DNA of 64,000 nucleotides, from contig CP064982.1 in the NCBI GenBank assembly GCA_016699595.1, positions 75,647 through 139,646 of the forward strand, written 5' to 3'. Every line of letters begins with the position of its first letter. Positions within the stretch are counted from its first letter, which is position 1. Positions 48,751-58,750 of this stretch are shown here, in pieces. Origin of the DNA: a bacterium (GTDB taxonomy: Bacteria > Patescibacteriota > Dojkabacteria > GCA-016699595). The translations under genes were made by a program, and so were the position numbers. Below the pieces are notes generated by a model, which did no database searches, was not told where the DNA came from, and worked only from the letters and a program-made list of their open reading frames with translations.

Positions 48751-49590
48751 ATGTCTGTAAGCATACTGAAAGTAAATACTCGTTTTAAGATATATCTTAC
48801 CATATTGACTATTTTTGTCTTAGATATATTGACATTCTATGGATTTCTAGGTAATTATGGGTATCTGCGCATATCTATAATTGAGTCGAGTATAGTAATT
48901 ATATCGATTTACTGGATCGTTCAAGTGTTGCATAATATTAGACTCAAAGATTTGTTTGTATTGATTATTCTACCTTTTTTGTTTACGCTTTCACTTTCTT
49001 ATTTTAGTAGAATTATATTTGTCAATGATGACTTAGTCGTTAATTCGATTCGCGGAGGAGTTTTGAGTGTTTTTTTGATAGGTTTCAAAGTTTTTGGTAT
49101 ATATAGTTTGTTGTTGAATACAAACATACTTGCTATTGCTTTGAAGCAAGATATACCTCTTGCTAGAGCAGCGAAAAGTGTAAACTATATATATTCAATA
49201 TTAACTCTGTACTTCATTGTTGTAAGTTTGTTTTCTGTAAATCTCAACTTATACTATAGATTGTTTGCTTTTGCGATTATAGTTTTGCTTCTTTGTTATC
49301 AATCATTAAGCTTTCTACACAAAATCAATAGTACAAAAAGATCTCAGTTATTACTTTTGATAGCATTTGCAATTATAAATACCTCTTTGGGTGTAATGTT
49401 ATTTCAACTCTCTCCACAAATACTTTCACTTCTATTGACGATCTTGTACTATATATTGATAAGCATTGTATATGATGAAAATAGCAAGTACAGGCTGAAA
49501 AACTTAATTGAATACATAGGTTCTTTTGCTCTTATTTTGATTGTAGTTGTGATAAATATTGACTGGGGAATATATAAAATATTCAATTAA
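48751..49590 (+). CDS. hypothetical polytopic membrane protein
   Basis: 279 aa, 7-8 hydrophobic helices; 16 nt downstream of the LPXTG gene. Confidence 0.35.
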   Translation: MSVSILKVNTRFKIYLTILTIFVLDILTFYGFLGNYGYLRISIIESSIVIISIYWIVQVLHNIRLKDLFVLIILPFLFTLSLSYFSRIIFVNDDLVVNSIRGGVLSVFLIGFKVFGIYSLLLNTNILAIALKQDIPLARAAKSVNYIYSILTLYFIVVSLFSVNLNLYYRLFAFAIIVLLLCYQSLSFLHKINSTKRSQLLLLIAFAIINTSLGVMLFQLSPQILSLLLTILYYILISIVYDENSKYRLKNLIEYIGSFALILIVVVINIDWGIYKIFN

Positions 49591-50116
49591 TGTTTTCAAA
49601 AAAAAGACTCTCTATGTTTTGTACTTTTAAAATAGAGTAGAATAGGTGGTATATCTAATTGTTAAAATGTATATAAATAGATATTCATTGTTAATTATGT
49701 AGATATCAACATGTGGTAACTGCAATAAAATAATTATCAAATCTCTAGCTTTAATATTTATCTAAATTTCGATAACTTCTAACAGGGGAGATGTGCAAGA
49801 TGCAAATACGATACACTTGCACTAACCAGAGTAACTCCGTATAATCACTCTTATACGAAGCGAAAAGGGTCAAAATAGAGCAGGTTGACAGTTTTGTGGA
49901 TAAGTTTACATGCTTACAAAAATCTATAAGTAAGAGATATTAATCGTTATGCTTGTACTGTGCGTGAATAATTTTTAGATCCTTGTAAACTTCTATTATT
50001 AGCCAATTTCACAAAACTTATGCTTTTCTCTCTTTTATAATTATTTTTTCGGAAACTTGGTACAAAAAACTATATAATATACATATCTTATTGGATGGTT
50101 AAACTAATAACTAATA

Positions 50117-51262
50117 ATGAGTACAAAGTTACCTTATAAAAAAGAATTTATAATTCATCTTAAATCATCAAATTACTCTGTCAAGACTACCAAGAGTTAT
50201 CTGCGAGATTTATGCTATTTTGAATCATTTTTAATTTATAAAGCACTAGACTTTTTGAATTTAAAGAAGATAAATATAACGGAATATAAAGCAGTACTGA
50301 AAACTGAGGAACATATCAATTTACTAGAAAACGTAAGAAATTTGGAACTTGAATTTAATCAAGATAGTAATACTAGAAAAAGAACAATTCAAAGAGGTAT
50401 AAATAATCAACTAGAAAGTACTGAAGGGCTTAAAAACGATTTTAGAGGCTCGGAAGAATCTTCCTTTTATATAAATGAGAATAATGACAATAATTATCAC
50501 CAAAACGGGGGCATAGTGGATCAATTATCTACTCAATCAATTAATCGTATGCTTTCGGCACTTAGATCATATTTGAAGTTTCTTGAAGAATTTGACTACA
50601 ATTCACCATTATCATCTGATGCCGTCAAACTGTTGAAAAAAGAGAAAAAAGAGTCTCAAGTTGCCGAATTTGATGAATTGATAAAATTGATTGAAGCGCC
50701 AAATCAATTTGAAAAAATTGAAGAGATTAAGCTTAGGAATCGAGCTATGTTAGAATTACTCTTTTCTACAGGTATGCGTATATCAGAATTAATGCGATTG
50801 AACCGAGAGCAAGTTACGCTAGGTAAAGAAGATGCTAATGTTGGAGTTTCAAGGATATATATACTTGGAAAAGGTAAGAAACAAAGGTTTGTTTATCTGA
50901 CTGATCGTGCTAAGTTGCACTTGCAAGAGTACCTAAAGCTAAGAGATGATAAACTGCCTGCATTATTCATTCAATATAGAAATAGGAGTAAACCTGTTGA
51001 TGCAACTAGAAACTATAGATTAACCGTTGATTATCTTCAGAAAAAGATTGTAGAGTATAGAAAGCTACTAGGGATAATTGTTCCAACATCTGCCCATTCA
51101 TTAAGACACGGATTTGCTACATACCTTATCGAGCAAGGCGCAAACTCTGCTGCTGTTCAAATACTTCTTGGTCATGAAAGTCTAGCTACTACCACGAGAT
51201 ATGTTCATGCTTCTGATAGATTTGCCGAAGAAACTCACAAAAGGTTTCATCCACTAAACTGA
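50117..51262 (+). CDS. tyrosine site-specific recombinase (XerC/XerD-like) with insertion in the N-terminal core-binding domain
   Basis: C-terminal catalytic domain with RNRAMLELLFSTGMRISEL (R), HSLRHGFAT (H-x-x-R) and LGHESLATTTRYVHA (catalytic Y). The N-terminal SAM-like domain is split by an ~90-aa N/E-rich insert. Preceded by a 520-bp AT-rich non-coding region. Confidence 0.8.
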   Translation: MSTKLPYKKEFIIHLKSSNYSVKTTKSYLRDLCYFESFLIYKALDFLNLKKINITEYKAVLKTEEHINLLENVRNLELEFNQDSNTRKRTIQRGINNQLESTEGLKNDFRGSEESSFYINENNDNNYHQNGGIVDQLSTQSINRMLSALRSYLKFLEEFDYNSPLSSDAVKLLKKEKKESQVAEFDELIKLIEAPNQFEKIEEIKLRNRAMLELLFSTGMRISELMRLNREQVTLGKEDANVGVSRIYILGKGKKQRFVYLTDRAKLHLQEYLKLRDDKLPALFIQYRNRSKPVDATRNYRLTVDYLQKKIVEYRKLLGIIVPTSAHSLRHGFATYLIEQGANSAAVQILLGHESLATTTRYVHASDRFAEETHKRFHPLN

Positions 51263-51511
51263 TTTAAGTAAATTTAGATAGTTCGATATTATACGGAGTA
51301 TTTTTCAAAGTGAAATGATTAAATAAGTTAAACAAATCTTTGCAGAGATTTATTTGTCAAAAAGTAAAAATTAATAACCTAATTTTGATTTTGACATAAA
51401 AATACAAATTTAAAGTATCAGGTGGTGAATGTAGACTAAGAAGTGATGAATCCCCTAATCTCTACCCTACTCTTCTGAACTTCCAGTGAAAAGTTACTCT
51501 CAATAAAAACA

Positions 51512-51540
51512 AAAAGAGAGGAACAAGTCCCTCTCTTTTT
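51512..51540. terminator. bidirectional intrinsic terminator between convergent genes
   Basis: AAAAAGAGAGG-AACAAGT-CCTCTCTTTTT: a 7-bp GC-containing stem flanked by an A-run and a T-run, between the recombinase (+) and the acidic protein gene (-). Confidence 0.6.
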
Positions 51541-51563
51541 GTTAGCGGTTACACGGAAATATC

Positions 51564-51983
51564 TTATACCTCTTCTACATCACTAGCATCATTTTGTGCA
51601 TTTCCTACTTTTTCTGCGACATCATCAGCCACATTCATAGCCTCAGCTGATTCTGCAACTACTTCGTTTGCAACATCTGCTACATGATCTTTTGCTTCTT
51701 CGACTTCTTCCCCTACTTCTTCAACTACTTCTTTAGCACCATCTGTAGCTTGTTCTACTACATTTTGTGCATCATCAGCAACTTGTTGAACAGCATCATC
51801 AGTTTTGTTTAGGTTTGCTTTAGCACCATCTACGGCACCTTTTACAGCATCACCTAAATCATCAGCAGCATTTGTGACTTTCTTTTTTAGATCATCAGCA
51901 GCATCAGATACTTTTTGTGCAATTTGATTTAGATCCATATCTTTGAAATTACAATTATAGCTTAAGTGTTCGCGAACAATCAC
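51564..51983 (-). CDS. hypothetical acidic repeat protein (CsbD/LEA-like composition)
   Basis: 139 aa; repeated A-x-DD/A-x-E-V amphipathic segments; the likely true start is the internal MDLNQIAQKV. Confidence 0.35.
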   Translation of the reverse strand: MIVREHLSYNCNFKDMDLNQIAQKVSDAADDLKKKVTNAADDLGDAVKGAVDGAKANLNKTDDAVQQVADDAQNVVEQATDGAKEVVEEVGEEVEEAKDHVADVANEVVAESAEAMNVADDVAEKVGNAQNDASDVEEV

Positions 51984-52125
51984 CTAACACCATACTTGTA
52001 TAAGTTAAATAAAAAGATTTTTGATGAAAGTTGAGAAAATAATTCTTGCAAAAATCATTTCGATTTTAGCAAAGAAGTTATATTTTAACAATCAGAAAAT
52101 GCCTAATTAAGTACGCTTGTAGTGA

Positions 52126-53496
52126 TTATTGTCTGTTTTCAACTACAACTTGTAAATTTACAAATTCTTTATTTCTATATACTTTGAGGTTCAACTCTTC
52201 ACCTGCCTTCTTGCTTTGTATAATTATTTGAAGATTGATATTATCAAGTGATCTTTTGTCAGCTTCAACAATCAAATCACCTCTTCTTAAACCAGCTTTA
52301 CTAGCTGGACTCTGAGAAGATATCTGGGTTATCAAAGCACCATAGATATTTGTCCCATCAGGTAATAAGAAAGCTTGCTGTTTATAATTGATACCGATAT
52401 ATGGGCTCAAAAACTTACCAAATTGTCTGTATTCACTGTACTTGGTTTGAACGATACTTATTGGCAGAGCAAAAGAAACATTACTTGCATTTTCTGAAGT
52501 AGCAACATTGACGCCAACAACATTTCCATTAATGTCAATCAATGGACCTCCTGAGTTACCATGATTGATAGCAGCGTCAGTTTGTATGGCACCCCTTATT
52601 GCTTCCATACTTTGTCCGTAAGTATCACTAACACTAATATCGCGATTTAAACCAGATACTACACCAACTGTTACTGTGTCAGTAAGATCACCCAATGGTG
52701 AACCTATAGCTATGACAGTTTGTCCTTTTTTCAAAGTATCGCTATTACCTAACTTAAGAAATGGTAAATTTGATTTGTTTACCTTGAGAATAGCAATATC
52801 GTTATCTGGATCTAAGGCAAAATTCTCTATCTGGATAGGTTCTTTTTCACCAGCAATCAGCACTTCATACTCATAATTCGTATCATCAACTACATGTTTG
52901 TTGGTGATAATGTAACCATCAGCAGAAATGATGAAGCCAGAACCAATATTATTTGACCTTTCGACTAATTGATCGTTGAAATAATCTTGATAGTATGTTT
53001 TTGCAACCACAGTGACAACTGCTGGACTTGATGTTTCAATAATTGAAGTTATTTCATTTTCTCTTTGGGATAATGCAGAATTATCAGAGCTTGATTTTGT
53101 TCCATTTGATTCATTGTCCTCTTCATTTCCACCACTATTATTTGAATTACTTGCAGTGCATCCAAATTCTCCTTCTGAGTTTATACATTTACAATCAAGA
53201 TTGAACCAATGTGGAGAGCCAGCCATGCTTGCTTTGCACAGTATTTTGTGACTTGCACTTCCATCGAATGAATCTGAGATTCCATATCTAATGATAGCAT
53301 CTGCTGGTTTCACCAAATTTACCATTCCATTGAAAAAACCAGATATAAATCCAGCAATTATTGTGAAAAATAAAAGAACAAACATTATACAACTACATGA
53401 GAGATATTTTTTTACTTTCCCTTGTGATTTAAAATGATTTGCATTTTGTGTGTCCATATAATTAACTAAAATATAACTTTTATAAATAATAATCAA
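52126..53496 (-). CDS. htrA: HtrA/DegP-family serine protease with PDZ domain
   Basis: Catalytic triad context GSGFIISADGYIITNKHVV (His), ...DIAIL (Asp), TDAAINHGNSGGPLIDINGNVVGVN (Ser); C-terminal PDZ (…GALITQISSQSPASKAGLRRGDLIVEAD…); N-terminal TM. Confidence 0.85.
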   Translation of the reverse strand: MIIIYKSYILVNYMDTQNANHFKSQGKVKKYLSCSCIMFVLLFFTIIAGFISGFFNGMVNLVKPADAIIRYGISDSFDGSASHKILCKASMAGSPHWFNLDCKCINSEGEFGCTASNSNNSGGNEEDNESNGTKSSSDNSALSQRENEITSIIETSSPAVVTVVAKTYYQDYFNDQLVERSNNIGSGFIISADGYIITNKHVVDDTNYEYEVLIAGEKEPIQIENFALDPDNDIAILKVNKSNLPFLKLGNSDTLKKGQTVIAIGSPLGDLTDTVTVGVVSGLNRDISVSDTYGQSMEAIRGAIQTDAAINHGNSGGPLIDINGNVVGVNVATSENASNVSFALPISIVQTKYSEYRQFGKFLSPYIGINYKQQAFLLPDGTNIYGALITQISSQSPASKAGLRRGDLIVEADKRSLDNINLQIIIQSKKAGEELNLKVYRNKEFVNLQVVVENRQ

Positions 53497-53523
53497 TAAG
53501 CACTATAAAGAATCAAAATTAAA

Positions 53524-54888
53524 TTAAAGTGAAGGATTTAGCAATTCTTGTTTAGATTTTTCAAGAACTTTATCCAATCCTAGTCGTATATCATCAACTG
53601 TGATATCAACTTTCAAATCTGGGACAATAGGAGTTTCATGGTTAATATTTTTCTTGTCTGGCAATAACCATTTTTTTACTGTTAGATGAAGACTACTTCC
53701 ATCTGGTAAATCCAAGATTTGCTGAGCAGTTCCTTTCCCAAAAGTATTTTCACCTATCAACTGCGATCTACTATTTTGTTGCAAAGCTCCAGCTAGTATC
53801 TCTGATGCCGAAGCTGAAGTAGAGTTGACTAAAGTTACCATAGGTGTATCTAGAAATTCGCCCTTTCGTGTAACTTTGTAAGTTTTTGAAATTCCATCTC
53901 TCCCTGCTTCATGAAGTGTAACTGTATTCAACGGTAGAAATTCTTCTGCAATATAGTGTGCTGCATCCAAAAATCCACCTGGGTTGCCTCTGAGATCAAG
54001 TATGATCCCTTTGGGATTTTTGGATTTCAATTCAGTAGCTATAGATTTCCAGTTTGATATGAATTCTTCGTAGGTATTGTCAGTAAATCTACTTATTATT
54101 AGTCGGTATATATCATTTCCTTCATCAACTATTTCCATAGATTTAGTTTCTATCGGAGCTCTGACTATAGAAATTACATTTTCACTTGTACCGGTAGTAT
54201 CTTTAACTACTGTTATTTTAACCGTAGTTCCTTTTGGTCCACGAATTTTGTAAACCACATCTGTAATGTTGTCATTTTTTTTGACAATATAATCATCAAC
54301 TTTGGCTATATAATCACCAGCCAAAATACCAGATTTCTCGGCAGGTGAATCCGGTATCGGTTTTTTGACTATAATCCAACCATCACTATAACCAAGTTCC
54401 ATACCTACTCCTTCAAAGCCACCACCTAGTGATTGATTGTAATCTGAAGTTTCATCTTTAGTTAAATACATTGTAGCTGGGTCATTTAAAGCATCAACCA
54501 TTCCTTTTATAGCTCCTTCATCCAGCTTATTTTGGTCAATACTTTTATCTACATACTTTGTATTTAGTATACTAAAGATATTCTGAAATTTAGTTGATAC
54601 GAATGTAGAGTTAGAATTATTATTTGTTGGTTGAGCTGGGGCCTGATTGTTTCTGTTGAAAGTACAAACTACTTCATCTTGCTTAGTGAGCAAGACATCA
54701 CCAAGATTCATTGTGCCAAGAAATTGTGATTTATTGATAAAGAATCCAGCTAAAAATGAAATAGATCCAATGATAAGAAATAACATAGGATTGATGATCC
54801 AAAAAAGCCATTTTTTTTCACCAGTTTGACTTTTTGAAGCATCGTTGTTACTCAATAAGTTTGTGTTGTATGTTTGTTGATAATCCAT
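53524..54888 (-). CDS. ctpA: C-terminal processing peptidase (S41, CtpA-like) with PDZ
   Basis: GIILDLRGNPGGFLDAA and TLVNSTSASASEILAGAL...FGKGTAQ (S41 Ser/Lys dyad regions); PDZ segment; N-terminal TM. Confidence 0.85.
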   Translation of the reverse strand: MDYQQTYNTNLLSNNDASKSQTGEKKWLFWIINPMLFLIIGSISFLAGFFINKSQFLGTMNLGDVLLTKQDEVVCTFNRNNQAPAQPTNNNSNSTFVSTKFQNIFSILNTKYVDKSIDQNKLDEGAIKGMVDALNDPATMYLTKDETSDYNQSLGGGFEGVGMELGYSDGWIIVKKPIPDSPAEKSGILAGDYIAKVDDYIVKKNDNITDVVYKIRGPKGTTVKITVVKDTTGTSENVISIVRAPIETKSMEIVDEGNDIYRLIISRFTDNTYEEFISNWKSIATELKSKNPKGIILDLRGNPGGFLDAAHYIAEEFLPLNTVTLHEAGRDGISKTYKVTRKGEFLDTPMVTLVNSTSASASEILAGALQQNSRSQLIGENTFGKGTAQQILDLPDGSSLHLTVKKWLLPDKKNINHETPIVPDLKVDITVDDIRLGLDKVLEKSKQELLNPSL

Positions 54889-54921
54889 TGTAAAATTATT
54901 TAATTAAATATAATTATGATT

Positions 54922-56541
54922 TTAGATCAATACTTTCAATTTTGAACCTATGATGTTGGCGTATTTCATATCAAATTTTAACAAACTATCTTTAGTTCTA
55001 CTATCTAAATCTTTCTGACCAAATCCATAAAGTGTAAATAATGTAAAAGGTTCAGATATCGAATTTATGTTATTTAATGTATTGATGTCTATAGTTGGTA
55101 TTACTATATTTGTAAACCCAAGTCTAATCAAATCAAAAAGTATAGAAGAATTTACATTACCCAAATAAATAACTAACGAATGATTGTCGAGAGCTGATAA
55201 ATCTTTTCTTTTGATGTCATCAAAACTTTGTAATACATGCACAAGATAACTTTGTTCACCAACAAGTCCATGTAACTTTAAAGGTAAACTAATATTTGCA
55301 CATTTCCCTTTCAAAACTATATAGTCATTTGCTACAACAGATTCAATTTTGCAATTTGTATTTGGCTTTATATAACCTGTCTTTTTAAGAATAATCTGGA
55401 GAATTCCATTCTTTAATTTCGATAAATCAACAATTCCAGAATTTGCATTTTTTACTTCAATCAAGCCTATCCCACCAACAACTTTCTTTTTAGCAAGCAA
55501 TGTATCGCTTATTACAACTTCCCCATGCACTACAGTCAAAGCCTTTTTTTGTGATTCATCCCATTTGGGGAAAGTATCGTACAAATTGATGCTTTCTACA
55601 ACTGCATCTTCTCTTGTTTCTGCTAAAATGTCATTTGAGTTTATAGTTGTTGACACTTCATGCAATAACTTAAATTCTTTCTTCGGAAGAATTTTGATAG
55701 TTGTGTCTTGAAGGTATTTTATACTATTTGCAAATGTAGTATAAATAGGCAGTTTGTTTGAATTGCTAACTTGCAGTTTACTGCTCAAACCAAATTTATT
55801 GACAAGCCTTTCTAATGTGAGTTTAGCACTCAAGTATTTGTCTTGGGCAGTTTGTGAAATAAATTGTGGTTTATCATAAATGCAAAAAAATCCTTTAGGG
55901 ATATTTTTCAAATTGTATACTCTGACATCTCTTACATACAATTCATTTGGTTGAAAATTAATATCATATTTTTCCTCAATATCTCTTACAATAATCTCAT
56001 CTTGTATACCAAACAATTCATGTTTGCCATTATTTACCTCAATGTTTGCTATTCCTATTATACTATTATTGTTGTTTCTTTCTGTCTTTGTGTATATGAA
56101 ATTTATCTTATTCTCAACGTTGACATGTCCTTGAAAATCAATAAGTGCGTCTAAAATAAAAAAGGAAAGTTCAGTTCCAAACTTCTCAACAATATTGCCA
56201 ATCAACTTGATACTGCTATCACTAATGACAACTTTGTTACTGCTTTTATGATTTAGAGTGTTAAAAAAAAACTTTATAAATTCAAAATAGTAGTTTAGGA
56301 CTTTTGGATTTTTTTCAGAGAACTGGCAGTTTAAAAAGTATTCTAAAATATTATCTCCAACTTGAGAAGACTCAAGGAGTGATTGGAAATCTTTCAACCT
56401 TTTGATGTTGAGTTCATTTCCATCAAAAAAATTCGTAGGTTCAAATTTGCAAATGATATCTCCTTTTTCGGAAGTCAAAGAAATCTCATTTGTGGAGATC
56501 AAAGCAGTAACTTGGCTTTGTCTAACTATACTATTGGGCAT
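54922..56541 (-). CDS. hypothetical protein (539 aa)
   Basis: Long N/I/K-rich ORF co-directional with ctpA-htrA; no motif recognised by eye. Confidence 0.4.
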   Translation of the reverse strand: MPNSIVRQSQVTALISTNEISLTSEKGDIICKFEPTNFFDGNELNIKRLKDFQSLLESSQVGDNILEYFLNCQFSEKNPKVLNYYFEFIKFFFNTLNHKSSNKVVISDSSIKLIGNIVEKFGTELSFFILDALIDFQGHVNVENKINFIYTKTERNNNNSIIGIANIEVNNGKHELFGIQDEIIVRDIEEKYDINFQPNELYVRDVRVYNLKNIPKGFFCIYDKPQFISQTAQDKYLSAKLTLERLVNKFGLSSKLQVSNSNKLPIYTTFANSIKYLQDTTIKILPKKEFKLLHEVSTTINSNDILAETREDAVVESINLYDTFPKWDESQKKALTVVHGEVVISDTLLAKKKVVGGIGLIEVKNANSGIVDLSKLKNGILQIILKKTGYIKPNTNCKIESVVANDYIVLKGKCANISLPLKLHGLVGEQSYLVHVLQSFDDIKRKDLSALDNHSLVIYLGNVNSSILFDLIRLGFTNIVIPTIDINTLNNINSISEPFTLFTLYGFGQKDLDSRTKDSLLKFDMKYANIIGSKLKVLI

Positions 56542-56607
56542 TGAAAGATTTTAGCAATTATACAAAAAACATTAAAGCCAAAATGCAAACAATCATGGAA
56601 GGTATCA

Positions 56608-57388
56608 TTATTTATCAGAATTTTTAAGCAAAGCATTCAAAATATCGGTACCTTCAAAAGCGTAAGCATTATGTCCACGATTTGACCATTCATAAATCTC
56701 GACTTCTGGAATAAAGTCTAATAAAAGACGGATTTATCAAAAGATCGTTTTTTGCGATGAAGGCTAGTGTTGGTGGAAATAGTTGAGGAAAGTTTAGGTT
56801 TGGCAGATCTAGATCAAACTGTTGCGCAAACTGCAAAATTTGCAAAGAATTTCGGAAATTTCTCCATAAAGGTATGATTGACTTGCCCGCTCCTCGTTCC
56901 TTGATGTAGTCTTGATAAACTGACAGGCTTGCTACTTGCAATAAGCTTAAATCCAAAGGAGCAAGTTGAGGTGTAATCAGGACCAATTTCTCGACCTTTA
57001 TTTTTGCTTGACTTACAGTTAAATGATGAGCTAAATCAAATGCTAGTCCTGCACCAAGTGAATGTCCTGCAAGGACGATATTGGCTATCTCTAATTGTTC
57101 TAGAAATATCAATAAAGTATCTCTTATGGAGGCAAGTGTATATGGGCCTTGTTCCTTAGGTGAGCCACCAAATCCCGGAATTGACAACAATACTACATTA
57201 TAATGTTGGGCTAGTATATTCCCAATATTTATATATCTTCCATGATCGTAAGAACCACCATGCAAAAAAACTAGAGTTTGAGTATCCAAATTTCTTTGAT
57301 ATGTGCAATCAAAGATTTTGTATTTCAAATGGGTGTCCATCAATAGTGAGAAAGAGAAGGAAGAAGTTCCTATATTTGGAATTATCAA
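56608..57388 (-). pseudogene. alpha/beta hydrolase with frameshift near the C-terminus
   Basis: The track ORF 56690-57388 has the nucleophile elbow GHSLGAGLA and ends ...NDLLINPSFIRLYSRSRDL*. The +1 frame continues …LLDFIPEVEIYEWSNRGHNAYAFEGTDILNALLKNSDK* (catalytic-His region) down to 56608, so the shift lies in an AT homopolymer-rich stretch around 56700-56745. Confidence 0.55.
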
Positions 57389-57458
57389 ATTCCTCCTAAA
57401 TTTAAATAGAAAGAGTAGTAAAGTATTAAAATAACTTCAAAATCCGATGCAAATACAT

Positions 57459-57707
57459 TTATTGAGCAGTTGCATCGTAATTGACAAAAGGTAACAATGC
57501 CATATGCCTTGCTTTTTTTACTTCCCTAGCTAGTGCTCGTTGACAAATAGCTGAAACACCTGTCATTTGACTAGGAAAAATTCTCCCTCGTGGAGATAGA
57601 TACTTTTTCAAAGTTTCAATATCTTTATAACTTATCTTTTTTGGATTTCTACCGAATGGACAAGTTTTGTTCCATGGTTTGTATTTTGCTTTTTTCAATA
57701 TAGACAT
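57459..57707 (-). CDS. rpsR: 30S ribosomal protein S18
   Basis: …YKDIETLKKYLSPRGRIFPSQMTGVSAICQRALAREVKKARHMALLPF: the canonical S18 core. Confidence 0.9.
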   Translation of the reverse strand: MSILKKAKYKPWNKTCPFGRNPKKISYKDIETLKKYLSPRGRIFPSQMTGVSAICQRALAREVKKARHMALLPFVNYDATAQ

Positions 57708-57741
57708 ACTTTTATAATTTTTGAATTTTTACAATTAATAA

Positions 57742-58272
57742 CTAAAACAATTTTTCATCTTCTGATTCAGAAATCGAAGCTATATCAGATTCTTTGGCAG
57801 GGACTTCTATATCTGTTGCTGATAGTGATTCTACAGGCTCTAGTGTAGGATTCTCTTCGTTAACTGTACTTGGCATATTTGCAGTATCAACTTTAGCATT
57901 TGACATTGCCTGCTCCATACCCACACCTTTCTTTTCTTTTGCATCCATGATTTTCATATCTTCTATCCTAATTTCATATCTTACAACTCTGACTCCGTTT
58001 GTTTCCCATGCTTCTGATACAATTTCACCTTCAACATATACCAACATACCTACTGATAAAACATTTGAACAAATTTCAGCTAACTTATTCCATGCTACTA
58101 CATTATGAAACTCTGCTTTTTCTCTAAGTTGTCCAGTAGCATCTTTCCAAGATTTGTTTGTAGCAATACCAAATGTACAAATCATTGCACCATTTGGAAG
58201 TTGTTTCAATGCAGGATCTCTTGTAAGATTTCCAATTAACATGACCTTGTTCATTGATCGTGATGTTGACAT
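57742..58272 (-). CDS. ssb: single-stranded DNA-binding protein
   Basis: OB-fold N-terminus MNKVMLIGNLTRDPALKQLPNGAMICTFGIATNKSWKD…FHNVVAWNKLAEI, then an acidic tail ending …DEKLF; located between rpsF and rpsR. Confidence 0.9.
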   Translation of the reverse strand: MSTSRSMNKVMLIGNLTRDPALKQLPNGAMICTFGIATNKSWKDATGQLREKAEFHNVVAWNKLAEICSNVLSVGMLVYVEGEIVSEAWETNGVRVVRYEIRIEDMKIMDAKEKKGVGMEQAMSNAKVDTANMPSTVNEENPTLEPVESLSATDIEVPAKESDIASISESEDEKLF

Positions 58273-58347
58273 TTTGTTTGTTTCATTCCCAATTTACTTA
58301 GAATTAGGAATCAATATCTAAAGATAATTATATTTTGCTATTTCAAG

Positions 58348-58623
58348 TTACAATTTTGTGATCATCGAACGCACTATATCTTTGTTGCTTTCCATAAACT
58401 TTCTGAGCAACCCTACTTTGGATGATGGAATAGTAAATTCCCATATATAATAAAAACCATCAACATTCTTCTCTATCGGATAAGCAAGTCTTTTTTTGCC
58501 CCATGTTGCTTTTTCTGTAACTTCACCCATCAGGGTTGTGATCTCAGTTTCTATTTTAACCAAAGTGTCATCTAGTGTAGATTCCAATTGAGATTTGATA
58601 ATAAATGCAATTTCGTATTTCAT
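58348..58623 (-). CDS. rpsF: 30S ribosomal protein S6
   Basis: MKYEIAFII…WGKKRLAYPI…: the S6 fold signature; 91 aa. Confidence 0.85.
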   Translation of the reverse strand: MKYEIAFIIKSQLESTLDDTLVKIETEITTLMGEVTEKATWGKKRLAYPIEKNVDGFYYIWEFTIPSSKVGLLRKFMESNKDIVRSMITKL

Positions 58624-58750
58624 ATTGATAAACTTTTATATTTGTTAATAGAGCTATGGGATTATAGCAAGATTTGTGAGAAATTCAATAATTATTTAGG
58701 TTGGCAGTAATTGTACTAAATTAAATATGTCGGTAGAATGTTTTGAGTCT

